Position numbers and translations under genes: made by a program | The notes under the pieces: model-generated | What the model saw: only the letters and a program-made list of their open reading frames with translations | Database searches by the model: none | Told to the model about the DNA's origin: nothing | Part shown: piece by piece, positions 38,036-48,342 of the stretch | How the letters are laid out: every line of letters starts with the position of its first letter | Position numbering within the stretch: the first letter of the stretch is position 1 | Source: an uncultured Chitinophaga sp. | GTDB taxonomy: Bacteria; Planctomycetota; Planctomycetia; Planctomycetales; Planctomycetaceae | Assembly: GCA_964538835.1 (NCBI GenBank) | Contig: CAZIGZ010000008.1 | Location: 21,788-85,787 of the forward strand | DNA: 64,000 bases | Direction of reading: 5' to 3'

Positions 38036-39883
38036 TCACTCATTCTGTATCAATGGGGTCACTGCCTGCAAATTGGCATGCGCTTCGGGAAGATCTGCCA
38101 ATTCGATCGCGACCCGATAACAATCGGCCGCTCTGCCAAACTGCCGCTGACGAGCAAATACGTTTCCCAGATTTACGTACGCCGGAGCATTGCGTGAGTC
38201 AAATCGAATCGCACTGGAAAACAACTCCGCTGCTTTGGCTGGGTCTTGTTCAAGCAGGCCGAGATTGTTGAATGCCTCCGACGAACTCGGGTTATAGGTA
38301 ATCGCCCGATGGAAGCACTGCTTCGCCTCGTTCGGATTTCTGACTGCCAGCATCGCATTCCCGAGCATGAGCCAGAGGCTGGGGTCTGTTTCGTCGGCCT
38401 CAAGCCCTGCCCTGACGAAAACGACCGCTCGAGTCGTTTCCCCGTTTCGGAGCAATTCTCTTGCGGAATTTACGATCGAATCACTACTTTCAGGGATGCA
38501 CCGCAGTGCTTCCGTGTAATGATAAACAGCCTGTTCGACCTTCTGCTCATCACAATAGAAGTCTCCAAGTGCCCGGTGCGCCAGGTAGTTGTTCTCAGGC
38601 TCGATGAGCAATGCGTGCTGGAAGAGGGTCTCGTCGCTCTTCCAGATTCCGACAACATGGTCACACTGCCACAGCAGCCCGATCGACACCATGAACGGGA
38701 CACATTTCAACGTCTGCCTGACCGCTCTTAGTGAACGCTTACCATCTAGCCTGAGGCAGACGGATTCGAAAGAATAGCAGGCAAGCACTGCGAGCCCGAT
38801 TGACGGAATATAGGCGTATCGGTCAGCCATCGACTGGAGGCCGACCTGCACGATACCGATGATTGGGATCGCGGCGATAACGAACCATAGCCAGCCGGCC
38901 AGCAGGAAAGACCAGTCTCTTCGCAGAAAAATAGCAATCGCTGAGATACTTATCAATAGCACGCCCGCAGCGCAGATCACCCATGACGGCCATCCGCCGG
39001 GAGGCATCGGATAAGATATAGAAAATTGCGACGGCCAGAAAAACGCTCCTGTATATCTCACATAAGATACAATCGCGTTGGTCAGCCGAAAAGGCAGAGG
39101 CAAGCCTGTCAGCTTCACGACGTTGTTGCTCTGAGCGAGAATTGTCAGAGCCGCGACGGCAACTGATATGAGCAGGAACGGCGTGATTCGAGGGACTGTC
39201 TTCTTCAGCCAGGCTGCATTCAGATTGAACCGGACAGACCATGCCTCCAGAATCATCAGCAGCAGTGGAACTGTGACAAGCATTCCTTTTGACATCAGAC
39301 CCGTCAAACACAACACGCAACTCAATCCGTACCAAAATCCGCGAAGCTTCGTCGAGTGAATGAAGCTCTGGTCATAGGCGCAGACTGTCAGCATCAAAAA
39401 AAACGTGCTCAGCACATCCTTTCTTTCGGAGATCCAGACGACGGATTCAACATGCTGGGGGTGTATGCCAAAAATCACTGCTGCCCAGAATGCCGGGACA
39501 ATCCGACCGGTTCGCCGGGACAACCAGAACAGCAGGAGACAGGCATTCGCTGAATGAAGCAGAATGTTGCCCGCGCGAAAGACCTCAGGACGAGCTCCGA
39601 AGAATCGCTTGTCGATCATCCACGAAACCCAGGTTACGGGATGCCAATTGTCGAAATGAAACCTGAAGAAAGCTTCTCGCAGAGATTCCGCACTGAAAGG
39701 GTCGACAAGCGGCCTGCACTGCATATACGTGGCATCGTCGAGTCTGTGAAAGCCGTAGGAAAGCGACTTCATGAACGGCATTGCAGCGACAGCTGCAACG
39801 AATAGAAAGAGAATCCATCGAAGCTGACGCATCGACAGCCACTCGGGCAGTGTCCTGGCAGGTTGAGTCTCAGGCGTTCTCAT
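38036..39883 (-). CDS. TMTC/DUF1736-like GT-C + TPR protein (paralog 2)
   Basis: Loop-1 HRLDDATY, HPQHVESVVWISERKDVL, multi-pass N-terminal domain and C-terminal TPRs. ATGA overlap with the upstream GT2. Confidence 0.75.
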   Translation of the reverse strand: MRTPETQPARTLPEWLSMRQLRWILFLFVAAVAAMPFMKSLSYGFHRLDDATYMQCRPLVDPFSAESLREAFFRFHFDNWHPVTWVSWMIDKRFFGARPEVFRAGNILLHSANACLLLFWLSRRTGRIVPAFWAAVIFGIHPQHVESVVWISERKDVLSTFFLMLTVCAYDQSFIHSTKLRGFWYGLSCVLCLTGLMSKGMLVTVPLLLMILEAWSVRFNLNAAWLKKTVPRITPFLLISVAVAALTILAQSNNVVKLTGLPLPFRLTNAIVSYVRYTGAFFWPSQFSISYPMPPGGWPSWVICAAGVLLISISAIAIFLRRDWSFLLAGWLWFVIAAIPIIGIVQVGLQSMADRYAYIPSIGLAVLACYSFESVCLRLDGKRSLRAVRQTLKCVPFMVSIGLLWQCDHVVGIWKSDETLFQHALLIEPENNYLAHRALGDFYCDEQKVEQAVYHYTEALRCIPESSDSIVNSARELLRNGETTRAVVFVRAGLEADETDPSLWLMLGNAMLAVRNPNEAKQCFHRAITYNPSSSEAFNNLGLLEQDPAKAAELFSSAIRFDSRNAPAYVNLGNVFARQRQFGRAADCYRVAIELADLPEAHANLQAVTPLIQNE

Positions 39884-40977
39884 TTGGTGCCCAACTGTGA
39901 CGTTTGGCCTCGAAGTCTGCTGACAAGCATCAGCAAGCCTTCCGCGAGATCAACCATTCTGTTAGCGGTCTCCACATTGGAGACGGCATACGGCATGAAG
40001 AGCATTCGATAGAGCGGCATAAGAAGCGTTGCTCTTTTTTGAATCGCCCGCTTCAGGGACCCACCGCCAATCGCTACAGCAATATCGATCATGCTGCCTG
40101 CCTGGCGTCGATACCCAAATGCCCCAATGTTCCATGCGGACTCTACGATGCGCCAGCTTAACGCTTCCGGCATTCCCTGAATCTCGAACATTCCGGGGTG
40201 TGACCTTAGCTGCATTTCAAGGATCTGCAGCACTTCAAGGAAACTGCGACTGCTGTTGTGTGAGAGGCAGTTTGCATGAGCACGACGAGAATAGAGTCGA
40301 TCAGACAAAAAACATCCGGTTCCGCTGCCTGCCAGTGTCAGCAGGAGCGAAAAGTCGGTTGCAACCCTAAAGCACTCCGGCAGTCCGCCTGAATCCTGCC
40401 AGGCAGACTTGCGAAAGACCATGCCCGGAAACCCAGTCGGGAACATGCTGTGCTTAACAGCCAGGAGCGTTCCCAGACTGTTTTCCATGAGAAACGCGGC
40501 GGTGCTTCTTCCTTTCGTCATTCCCCGGACCAGAGAGTCGCGTTCAAAATTGCGCTGGGCCACACTACCCCATCGATTTGGTAGTCCGAAGCGACTGGCA
40601 CCGTGCGCCACATACTGAAGCTGTGGGTACTTCAGCAGCATCTCGTGACATCGCTCCAGCTTCTTCGAGGCAAAGATGTCGTCCTGCTCAAGCACTGCAA
40701 TGAACTCTCCAGAGGCAGCGGCGATGCCAATGTTCAGGGGCTGAGCCGGCGAACCAGAATTGCGTTCTGTGGAGAAGAAACGAATGGGCAGGCTCAGCGC
40801 ATGACGAGCAGCCCAGTCTTCTGCGATCTCGACTGAGGCATCGGATGAGCAGTCATCAACAAGGATAACCTCATCCGGTAGATGCGTTTGACACTTTACG
40901 GAGTCAAGTGCCTCTGAAAGATAGCGACTTCCATTGTAAATCGGAATGACAACAGAAAGCGGACAGGCACGCTGCAT
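39880..40977 (-). CDS. GT2 glycosyltransferase
   Basis: LSVVIPIYNGSRYLSEALDSVKCQT...VILVDDCSSDAS...LEQDD. Confidence 0.85.
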   Translation of the reverse strand: MQRACPLSVVIPIYNGSRYLSEALDSVKCQTHLPDEVILVDDCSSDASVEIAEDWAARHALSLPIRFFSTERNSGSPAQPLNIGIAAASGEFIAVLEQDDIFASKKLERCHEMLLKYPQLQYVAHGASRFGLPNRWGSVAQRNFERDSLVRGMTKGRSTAAFLMENSLGTLLAVKHSMFPTGFPGMVFRKSAWQDSGGLPECFRVATDFSLLLTLAGSGTGCFLSDRLYSRRAHANCLSHNSSRSFLEVLQILEMQLRSHPGMFEIQGMPEALSWRIVESAWNIGAFGYRRQAGSMIDIAVAIGGGSLKRAIQKRATLLMPLYRMLFMPYAVSNVETANRMVDLAEGLLMLVSRLRGQTSQLGTK

Positions 40978-41041
40978 TAGAATTGGGTTATGTGAGCGAT
41001 TGAGTTCTGCGACTTGAGTCTGATGACGTCATAGTCAGGCA

Positions 41042-41827
41042 TCATTTCGCAGCAATTCTCTGCAGAAGTTTCACAACTGGCTTCAGAAGCAATCGGTAGA
41101 ATGGATAGGCCAGCAGCATCATCCCGACCATATGCGGGCTGCGATTTCCAAAAATCAGGTCGATCGCCAGTTTCTGGTAGTATGACATCGGCCGTGACGA
41201 GACACCAGTGACGTCACAGATCGCTATCGGTTTCTCAAGCTTTCTCCATCGCTGGTCGGCGATTAAATTAAAGAAAAGGTAATCGCTGATTGTCACCCCA
41301 GTCGCCACGAGGTACTCGCCAAATTGCTGATGAAGGGAACGTCGATAAATGACCGCCTGATGGTGGATCTGTCTGTCATTGAGGTTGCATATCATGCGAC
41401 GCTGCTGATCGCCTTCATCCAGCATGACATCGGAATAGATCACATCTGTGTCGTCAGTTGCCAGTGGCGTCGCGGTCGTCAGGACACCGGGATCGTTAAA
41501 GCGATCGCCCGAATTCATGAAAATAATCCACTCGCTCCTCGCGAAGCGCAGCCCCTTGTTCATAGCATCATAAATACCACGGTCGGGTTCAGAAATCACT
41601 ACATTGATGTGCGCCCTCTCTGACCTGAGCACGTCAAGTGTTCTGTCAGAAGAGCCCCCGTCGACCACGATGAGTTCGTACTGTCTGGAGGTCTGTTGTC
41701 GCAAACTGGCAAGTGTTTTCTCAAGTCCTGTTGCATCGTTAAGTACGACTGTAATGATGCTGAAAATCAGGCGGCCGTCACTGTCCACTGGGTTTGATTC
41801 TGGATGTGTGTGTTTGTGAATGACCAT
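41042..41827 (-). CDS. GT2 glycosyltransferase
   Basis: FSIITVVLNDATGLEKTLASLRQQT...LIVVDGGSSDRT...MNSGD. The start overlaps the upstream gene by about 50 nt, so it is uncertain. Confidence 0.8.
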   Translation of the reverse strand: MVIHKHTHPESNPVDSDGRLIFSIITVVLNDATGLEKTLASLRQQTSRQYELIVVDGGSSDRTLDVLRSERAHINVVISEPDRGIYDAMNKGLRFARSEWIIFMNSGDRFNDPGVLTTATPLATDDTDVIYSDVMLDEGDQQRRMICNLNDRQIHHQAVIYRRSLHQQFGEYLVATGVTISDYLFFNLIADQRWRKLEKPIAICDVTGVSSRPMSYYQKLAIDLIFGNRSPHMVGMMLLAYPFYRLLLKPVVKLLQRIAAK

Positions 41828-43079
41828 AGAATATGTTGATTGCGTCAGAGTAGGCCTGCTGCACGTCCTTCACCATGACATCGGGAGAGCAATGCTGCCG
41901 GACCCAGGCGAGTCCGGACGTCCCTAGGCTGTCTCGCAGACGAGAGTCAGTGAGAACCCGGCGAACGCATTCAGCAAGTTGCCCTTCGTCAAAGCATGGG
42001 GCAAGGAGACCGTTTCTCTCCAGATCTGCAATCTCCTTTGGGCCACCTTCGGAAAATGCTACAAACGGTGTACCACACGCCAGTGATTCGATAGCCACGT
42101 AAGGAAAGTTATCTGCGAGGGAAGGAATTAACGTGACGTCTGCCGCCCGGTAATACAGAGCTAACTCACCGGGAGTCATCGCCTCGTGGGTTGTACACCT
42201 GATGCCGTCAGTCGCCGAGGCAATTGCTGCATTGGCTCGACCGAGAAGGATAGTCTGGAGCCGAGAATGATCGGAAGCCAGTCGCCGAACGACGCTCAGG
42301 CCATGACTGAGCCCCTTGTGGATGTCGCCAAGATTCACAGACACCATCAGCACTAATTCTGCATCCAGTGGTATTGCGAGGCGTCTTCTTGCTTCTTGGC
42401 GCTCGATTCGCGTTTCCGGACTGTCAAGGAGACTTGTTGCGTTGCGAATGACTCGAACAGTGGCATTTCGATGGCGCGGATGTGCGAGAAGCTTGCTGCG
42501 CAGATGCTCAGAAGGAGAAATATGAAGATCGACGCGCGGGCAATAACGGTCAAGGAGGCGACCGACACTTCGACTCTTGAACGAAGAATGGTAGGGGGAC
42601 AGACGCAAAATTCGGTGACCAGCCGATGCGTGACGGAGTACTGCCGATCGCGTGACTTTTCCTTCAAGCAGGCAGGAAATTCCTTCTGTCGCTGCCCATT
42701 CATCGTGGTGCGTCCAGACTGTCGGAAACCTGCGTGTCAGGCCTTGCACGGCACACATCGACAACCAGGCTCCGGAGATTTGATTCAGGTGAACCACATC
42801 GAAGGCACTCTCAGGAATTGCGGCAAGCTCACGACGGCTGGCAAAATGCCGAAAATCCGTGTATTCCGCTATCAGTTCAAGCGGAAAAAGCATCCGCTCA
42901 CGAAGTGAACGACGAAGCTGTTGGTGATGCGAATCGATTAACGCCTTGTTGGCCAACACTGTCGCCTGATGACCGCCGGCATTCAGAGCGGCGGTAAGCT
43001 CACGAACATATCGAGCTGCTCCTCCAGACACAGACGACTCAGTAATCAACAGCACTCGCAGTTGCCGAATAGAGGTCAT
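41778..43079 (-). CDS. GT4 glycosyltransferase
   Basis: VLLITESSVSGGAARYVREL...PSLADNFPYVAIESLACGTPFVAF. ATG 43079 forms an ATGA overlap with the upstream stop, so it is preferred over 43223. Confidence 0.8.
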   Translation of the reverse strand: MTSIRQLRVLLITESSVSGGAARYVRELTAALNAGGHQATVLANKALIDSHHQQLRRSLRERMLFPLELIAEYTDFRHFASRRELAAIPESAFDVVHLNQISGAWLSMCAVQGLTRRFPTVWTHHDEWAATEGISCLLEGKVTRSAVLRHASAGHRILRLSPYHSSFKSRSVGRLLDRYCPRVDLHISPSEHLRSKLLAHPRHRNATVRVIRNATSLLDSPETRIERQEARRRLAIPLDAELVLMVSVNLGDIHKGLSHGLSVVRRLASDHSRLQTILLGRANAAIASATDGIRCTTHEAMTPGELALYYRAADVTLIPSLADNFPYVAIESLACGTPFVAFSEGGPKEIADLERNGLLAPCFDEGQLAECVRRVLTDSRLRDSLGTSGLAWVRQHCSPDVMVKDVQQAYSDAINIFYGHSQTHTSRIKPSGQ

Positions 43080-44173
43080 GCTCCGCCCGCAATACCAATA
43101 GCCTCCAACAGCCGAATGGGAAATCGGACTATGAGAGACGGTTGCCAATAAATTGCCTGAACTGCATGCTTTCCGGCGACGATCGTGTTTCCGTGTCTCA
43201 TTGCATCCAATGCAAGCTGCCAATCAAGCCTGGGCTTGAACAACCGGACCCATTTCGGGTGATCCGCGGTAGCCCGGATTAAATCAGCGTATTGAAGAGC
43301 CTGAGAGCGCTGATAGACCGACAAATGAGTCGCCACCCGGTCTTCAAAAGCTGCCGCCAGAGCGCGTGTCGCATTGTTCCCGAGCCCAAACTGCCTGATG
43401 ATCGAATCGTCGATCTTGCTGACCGCTTCCAGCGGATCAGCCAGTCCCTCCCGCCGACGAAAGGCAGAGTACTGGGCCGCCAGCGTTCCCCATACCTGCT
43501 GTTGTAATTTGCGCACCGTTGCCTGTTCGCTGTGGATGCGATAATAGATTAGTGGTTCGGCAATATTCGCAATTAGGCCGTGCTCGATCATTCGGAGCCA
43601 AAGATCGTAGTCCTGTGCAGCAGCAAAACACTCTCTATATCCGCCTGCTGCAATAAAGGTCGCCTTTCGCATCATGACCGTTGGGTGAATCAGACAATTT
43701 CCACGGAGAAGAAGACGGCGTACCGCAGCATGATCAGTGGGTACCGCCTTCAAGGTGTTCGTCTTACCTTTATCCGCGAGGTAAAGAGCTGTACTGCCGA
43801 CCAGAGCATACTCTGGATGATCATTCATCCATGAAACCTGAGTTGCAACGCGATGCGGCATCGGCACATCATCCGCATCCAGTCGGGCTATGTAATCCCC
43901 GACTGCTTCTGCAATGCCTGCATTCAGTGACGCTGCCAGTCCACGATTATGGTGCCGAATCACCCTTATGCGACTGTCCGTGGACGCATAGCGAGAAAGA
44001 ATTTCACCGGTGTCATCAACAGAACCATCGTCAACGGCGATAAGTTCCCATGAACTGAATGTCTGGGATAGAACACCCTCCATTGTCTCTCCCAGATGCT
44101 TGCCGGCATTGTGGGCCGCCATCACAATGCTTACGACAGGGTTCGAAGGCACGCTGACCGCCGTTCGAGCCAT
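43076..44173 (-). CDS. GT2 glycosyltransferase
   Basis: VVSIVMAAHNAGKHLGETMEGVLSQT...LIAVDDGSVDDT...LDADD. ATG 44173 is preferred over 44323, which would overlap asnB by 193 nt. Confidence 0.8.
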   Translation of the reverse strand: MARTAVSVPSNPVVSIVMAAHNAGKHLGETMEGVLSQTFSSWELIAVDDGSVDDTGEILSRYASTDSRIRVIRHHNRGLAASLNAGIAEAVGDYIARLDADDVPMPHRVATQVSWMNDHPEYALVGSTALYLADKGKTNTLKAVPTDHAAVRRLLLRGNCLIHPTVMMRKATFIAAGGYRECFAAAQDYDLWLRMIEHGLIANIAEPLIYYRIHSEQATVRKLQQQVWGTLAAQYSAFRRREGLADPLEAVSKIDDSIIRQFGLGNNATRALAAAFEDRVATHLSVYQRSQALQYADLIRATADHPKWVRLFKPRLDWQLALDAMRHGNTIVAGKHAVQAIYWQPSLIVRFPIRLLEAIGIAGGA

Positions 44174-46008
44174 AGACCCAGTTGCAGGAGAGCCCACCGC
44201 TGCTGCGCACCGAGGCGACAAATCGCTCTTTCCTCTCTGATTCCCGGCAGCAAGGTCGCTAATGCTGATTCGCTGGCTGTTAATCGCTCCCAAAGAGCGA
44301 CTAGTGCCGGATGTCGCATCCACTGGGCAACCGGAGCACCGAATCCCTGCTTTTTTCGGTTCCTGATTTTCTTGGGCCAGAGATCAGCACATGCTTCATA
44401 AAGCAGCGACTTAAGTCGGGCTGGAACGAATCGAATGGATTCTGGTAAAGCAAGGACGTAGTTGGTTAATTCCCGGTCGAGAAATGGCGCTCTTGACTCG
44501 AGGCCGTGCGACATAGTCGCGCGATCAACCTTCATAAGAATGTCACCGGGCAAATACGTGGAAATGTCGAACCATGTCGCCCTATCCAGCCCTGCCACAT
44601 TCGTCGGGGGCTTATATCGCGCGATTACATCACTCGTCATTACACGCAGTCTTGATGAGCCCCATAGGCTAGAGCGGTCTTCCAGCCATTTGCCTGCGAG
44701 GCAGATGTGCCGATGAAAGATGTCGTCGAACTGCCGAGAGACAAGTTTTGCTTGATGCTCCATGCCCATCCGTCCAACGGAAGCGGATGTCATCAGTTTC
44801 AGCTTCTGCAGAACCATGGCTGTCCACAGCATAACGCGGTGGGCGAGGATCTCTGCGAGCCCTGCACGGTCAGCGGTCCTGCCAATCCACGGAGCATACC
44901 ATTCATAGCCGCCAAAGATCTCATCCCCACCATCTCCAGTCAAAGCAACAGTGACATGTTGCTTTACTGTTCGAGCAAGGCAGAAAGTGGGTACACTCGA
45001 TGAATCACCGAGCGGTTCATCATAGGCACGAGAGATCTGCTCAAGCAGTTCGATCGAGGGAGCAGGAGCCTGAATCTCGCGGTGATCCGAACCGTAAGCT
45101 GTTGCGACCTGCCGAGCATGAGGCAACTCATCAATAGCGTCTCCGAAACCAAGAGAAAAAGTACGGATCGGCCGATCAGAGTGCTGTGACATCAGCGCTA
45201 CCACCGTCGCACTGTCAAGTCCGCCGCTGAGAAATGCACCAATCGGCACGTCCGAGACCATTTGTCGCCGAACCGCGGAGTCAAGAAGCAAGCGGACCGT
45301 TGATACAACCTCACGGCTGGCGACCGCGCGAGACGACGACATTTCGGGCCGCCAGTACCGTACGATCCTTAACGATCCTCCCTCAAAGATGAGCGTGTGA
45401 GCCGGAGGCAGTGTATGAATATTTTCATAGATGCAGCGATCGGGCGGCACGTAGTAAAGCCCAAGATAGGCGTCCACCGATACTAGATCCAGACGCGGCT
45501 CAATCAAGCTTGTTGCCAGGATTCCCCGGAGTTCCGAGGCAAACATCATTCCGCTGTTCCCGAGCGGCGCGTAATAAAAGGGCTTCTCTCCGAATCGGTC
45601 ACGCGCGGCGAAAAGTCGCTGTTCAACAGAATCCCAGATAGCGAACGCGAACTGCCCGTTGAGTTGCTCAACAACTTTGCTTCCGTAATGGATGTAGGCC
45701 GCCAGCAACACTTCAGTATCGGATCGCGTCCTGAAGCACCAGCCTGACTGCTCCAGTTGATTCCGCAGGTCAGACCAATTGAAGATTTCGCCGTTAAATA
45801 CAACCCAATACCGCTGGGCCGCGTCGGTCATTGGCTGACTTCCACCAACGAGATCGATCACGCTCAGGCGTGCATGGCCAAGGTGACATCCCTCAAGTCG
45901 GACGTGACCAAGCCCATCAGGCCCTCGATGCGAAATTGCATGAGTCATCGATTCAATCAATGTCGGATTCAGATTCTCTGTCGAGACGATACCAGCAATA
46001 CCACACAC
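44131..46008 (-). CDS. asnB: Asparagine synthase (glutamine-hydrolysing) family amidotransferase
   Basis: N-terminal (M)CGIAGIV nucleophile Cys (GTG start), FNGEIFN, and the SGGLDS PP-loop. Confidence 0.9.
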   Translation of the reverse strand: MCGIAGIVSTENLNPTLIESMTHAISHRGPDGLGHVRLEGCHLGHARLSVIDLVGGSQPMTDAAQRYWVVFNGEIFNWSDLRNQLEQSGWCFRTRSDTEVLLAAYIHYGSKVVEQLNGQFAFAIWDSVEQRLFAARDRFGEKPFYYAPLGNSGMMFASELRGILATSLIEPRLDLVSVDAYLGLYYVPPDRCIYENIHTLPPAHTLIFEGGSLRIVRYWRPEMSSSRAVASREVVSTVRLLLDSAVRRQMVSDVPIGAFLSGGLDSATVVALMSQHSDRPIRTFSLGFGDAIDELPHARQVATAYGSDHREIQAPAPSIELLEQISRAYDEPLGDSSSVPTFCLARTVKQHVTVALTGDGGDEIFGGYEWYAPWIGRTADRAGLAEILAHRVMLWTAMVLQKLKLMTSASVGRMGMEHQAKLVSRQFDDIFHRHICLAGKWLEDRSSLWGSSRLRVMTSDVIARYKPPTNVAGLDRATWFDISTYLPGDILMKVDRATMSHGLESRAPFLDRELTNYVLALPESIRFVPARLKSLLYEACADLWPKKIRNRKKQGFGAPVAQWMRHPALVALWERLTASESALATLLPGIREERAICRLGAQQRWALLQLGLWLERRSACLRTLS

Positions 46009-47109
46009 TCAGGAGAGCCCGATCGTTCTAAAGATCATCTCAAACCTTGCATGCCATGTGTGCTCGGCCCGCGCCCGCCGCATGCCAGCCTCGCGAATCC
46101 GCTCGCGGGCCGAGGAATTTGCAAGATAAAACTTAGCCTTGTCAATAAGGTCGGCACGATCATGGAAAAATACGATTTCCCTGTCCGGCTCAAAAAAGTC
46201 TGCCAGTTCCTCGAAGTATTCCACGAGATAAAACGCCCCGCTCATGGTGGCTTCGAAGTCACGAAGTCTCACCTGCCTGATCGCACTCCGATCTGCAACC
46301 TGTGTAAATCCAAGACTGACACGACTGCGACTATACATCGCGATTAATTCGTCGTCGGACAGGGGAGGTCCACAACGATCAACCGGGAACGTTGTCTGTT
46401 CTATGTCGTTATCTGCTTTACGACGCAGATTCCGCAGTCGACGATAACAATGGGCAAGCCACGACCCCGAGCCCCGTTCCTGCCAGTGCGGCCCCCACGC
46501 CCTTACGTCAATACCGCTGTCCAGCAATCCACGGAGCAGATACGGGCGTGTTCCGTATCGTTGCCCGACAAACGTCACGTCGAATTCCAATGGTACCTGA
46601 TGCGGCATGTAGATATTGGGATTGGCAGCCTCCTGGCAGTAAATCGGCGTGGCTCCAGCCTGTCGGTAGTCATCCAGTCGAAATTTCTCCGGCACAAGGC
46701 AATAGTTGTAGGCTGGTGCGAGTTCCTTGATCAGGTGAAACTGATAGGAAGCGTTACAATACCAGTTGACCGTCACAATCCCCATACTTCCAATCTCCCG
46801 AATGATATCGGGGTGTACGTACGAGGAATAGAAGTAGCTGAAGAACAGGTCAACGGGCGCTTTCGCGTGCGCGGCCCGCAGCTGCTGAAGCAATGCTTCG
46901 CCGAATCGCGGCCTGTGTAGAGCGATGAACGCTCTGTTAAGCAGAGCGCCAGGATCGAGATGCTCATTTGCACCAGTGTAGTCGTAGTCGAAGACAACGA
47001 CGTCGTGGCCAAGATCTCGCAGCGGCAGTAACAGGTTGTTGTACCAGACTCGGGATTCCGGCAACCGCGTTTGGTGGGCGGTACCTGGTGTGGCGTAAAA
47101 GATCCTCAC
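46009..47109 (-). CDS. CgeB-family / DUF3880 glycosyltransferase-like protein
   Basis: C-terminal RLRDFEATMSGAFYLVEY...FFHDRADLIDKAKFYLAN...RARAEHTWHARF is typical of Glyco_trans_1_2 / CgeB. GTGA overlap with the upstream stop. Confidence 0.7.
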   Translation of the reverse strand: MRIFYATPGTAHQTRLPESRVWYNNLLLPLRDLGHDVVVFDYDYTGANEHLDPGALLNRAFIALHRPRFGEALLQQLRAAHAKAPVDLFFSYFYSSYVHPDIIREIGSMGIVTVNWYCNASYQFHLIKELAPAYNYCLVPEKFRLDDYRQAGATPIYCQEAANPNIYMPHQVPLEFDVTFVGQRYGTRPYLLRGLLDSGIDVRAWGPHWQERGSGSWLAHCYRRLRNLRRKADNDIEQTTFPVDRCGPPLSDDELIAMYSRSRVSLGFTQVADRSAIRQVRLRDFEATMSGAFYLVEYFEELADFFEPDREIVFFHDRADLIDKAKFYLANSSARERIREAGMRRARAEHTWHARFEMIFRTIGLS

Positions 47110-48338
47110 CGGTTGTTCTGCTCCGATCCACGGTTCGTCCCTTGCAATCCTTGTTCGTTCCGTTCAAGCCGAAGACAGAGGGCCAGCTTTGTTGCATAGG
47201 AATTGATATCAAAGCACGATGCAAAACGCTCCCGGCCGGCACGTTGCAGTCTCTGGCAAGCTGAATCATCATCCGCAAGAGAACGAATCGCTGCCGCCAG
47301 GGCCGCTGGATCTCCTTCCGGGCAGATGATCCCGGCGTTTCCCACAACTTGGGGGATAGCACCGCTGTCAGACGCCACTATCGGCAGGCCAGCGGACATC
47401 GCGTCAGCAAGAACTCCGCCAAATTGTTCCTTCCACAGTGGCTTCGTCAGTGATGGCAATACAAGGCAATGTGAAGCTGCGTATAGCCGCCACAGTTCTT
47501 CCTTGGGCAAGAGGCCAGCTAAATAGACTCTGCCCCTGAGCGTAGGTTCCGCGGCGGCTTGCTCAACTTCAGGCAGGAGCGGGCCGTCTCCCGCGATGAC
47601 GAGGCAAAAGTGCCTCGGCAGCGAACGCATCGTGTCCAGCAGGGTCCAAATACCCTTTTCTTCGCATACTCTTCCTGCGAAGCAGACGACGAAAATCCCG
47701 CTATGCTGTTCGAATGGCAGTACCAGAGGCAGTCGATCTTCTGGTGGTCCGAAGTTTCCAGCGACCAGTGTCGCAGTCTCCACGGCGCGGGGGAACCCTG
47801 CCGCATAGAGCCCATCGATCGAAGCGTCGGCGACGGCAGCCACGGCGTCGACCCTCCGCCACAGCCAGCGGCGGAGCCAATCGACAGCAATACTCCATCG
47901 AGGAAAAATGTTCTCGCAAGCAGCCACGACAATTCTCGGCCGCCTCGACCAGCGAAAGGCAAGGAGCACTACCAGAGTAAGCCACGAACTCGGCTCCTCC
48001 TGCACCCACACGACGTCTGCATCGAGGCGTCCCAGCTCTTGCCACACCCGCCATGCCTGTCGCAACGTGCTGGCGTCGTCGACCGTGATTAGGCATAGAC
48101 CGGGAATTTCGGCCTGAACTTGTTCCTGGGTGATCGAACCGAGCGAACCGTGTACTGAGGGCAGTGCAGGAGGCAGCGGCATAATGATCACAGGCTTTGC
48201 TACGCTCCATTGGCGGCAAAGAAAAGAGAAGGCCGCCCAATGTTGCGGATAGAGCGCTAAGCGGCTGACAAGGGCGACTCGTGTGGCGTGCGTGGCTGAA
48301 GGGAGAAATCCAAGATTTGAATCATTCGACCGTGCCAT
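47106..48338 (-). CDS. GT4 glycosyltransferase
   Basis: FAGRVCEEKGIWTLL...LPSLTKPLWKEQFGGVLADAMSAGLPIV (E-x7-E). ATG 48338 avoids a 263-nt overlap with the upstream gene. Confidence 0.8.
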   Translation of the reverse strand: MARSNDSNLGFLPSATHATRVALVSRLALYPQHWAAFSFLCRQWSVAKPVIIMPLPPALPSVHGSLGSITQEQVQAEIPGLCLITVDDASTLRQAWRVWQELGRLDADVVWVQEEPSSWLTLVVLLAFRWSRRPRIVVAACENIFPRWSIAVDWLRRWLWRRVDAVAAVADASIDGLYAAGFPRAVETATLVAGNFGPPEDRLPLVLPFEQHSGIFVVCFAGRVCEEKGIWTLLDTMRSLPRHFCLVIAGDGPLLPEVEQAAAEPTLRGRVYLAGLLPKEELWRLYAASHCLVLPSLTKPLWKEQFGGVLADAMSAGLPIVASDSGAIPQVVGNAGIICPEGDPAALAAAIRSLADDDSACQRLQRAGRERFASCFDINSYATKLALCLRLERNEQGLQGTNRGSEQNNR

Positions 48339-48342
48339 TGAC

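Noticed and set aside
43080-43223. Upstream extensions of GT ORFs (43080-43223, 44174-44323, 48339-48605, 54000-54128, 56262-56465)
   Set aside because: Each extension overlaps the preceding gene by 50-260 nt and is Arg/Ser/Cys-rich. Internal ATGs give canonical GT or ABC N-termini and 1-4-nt coupling overlaps.
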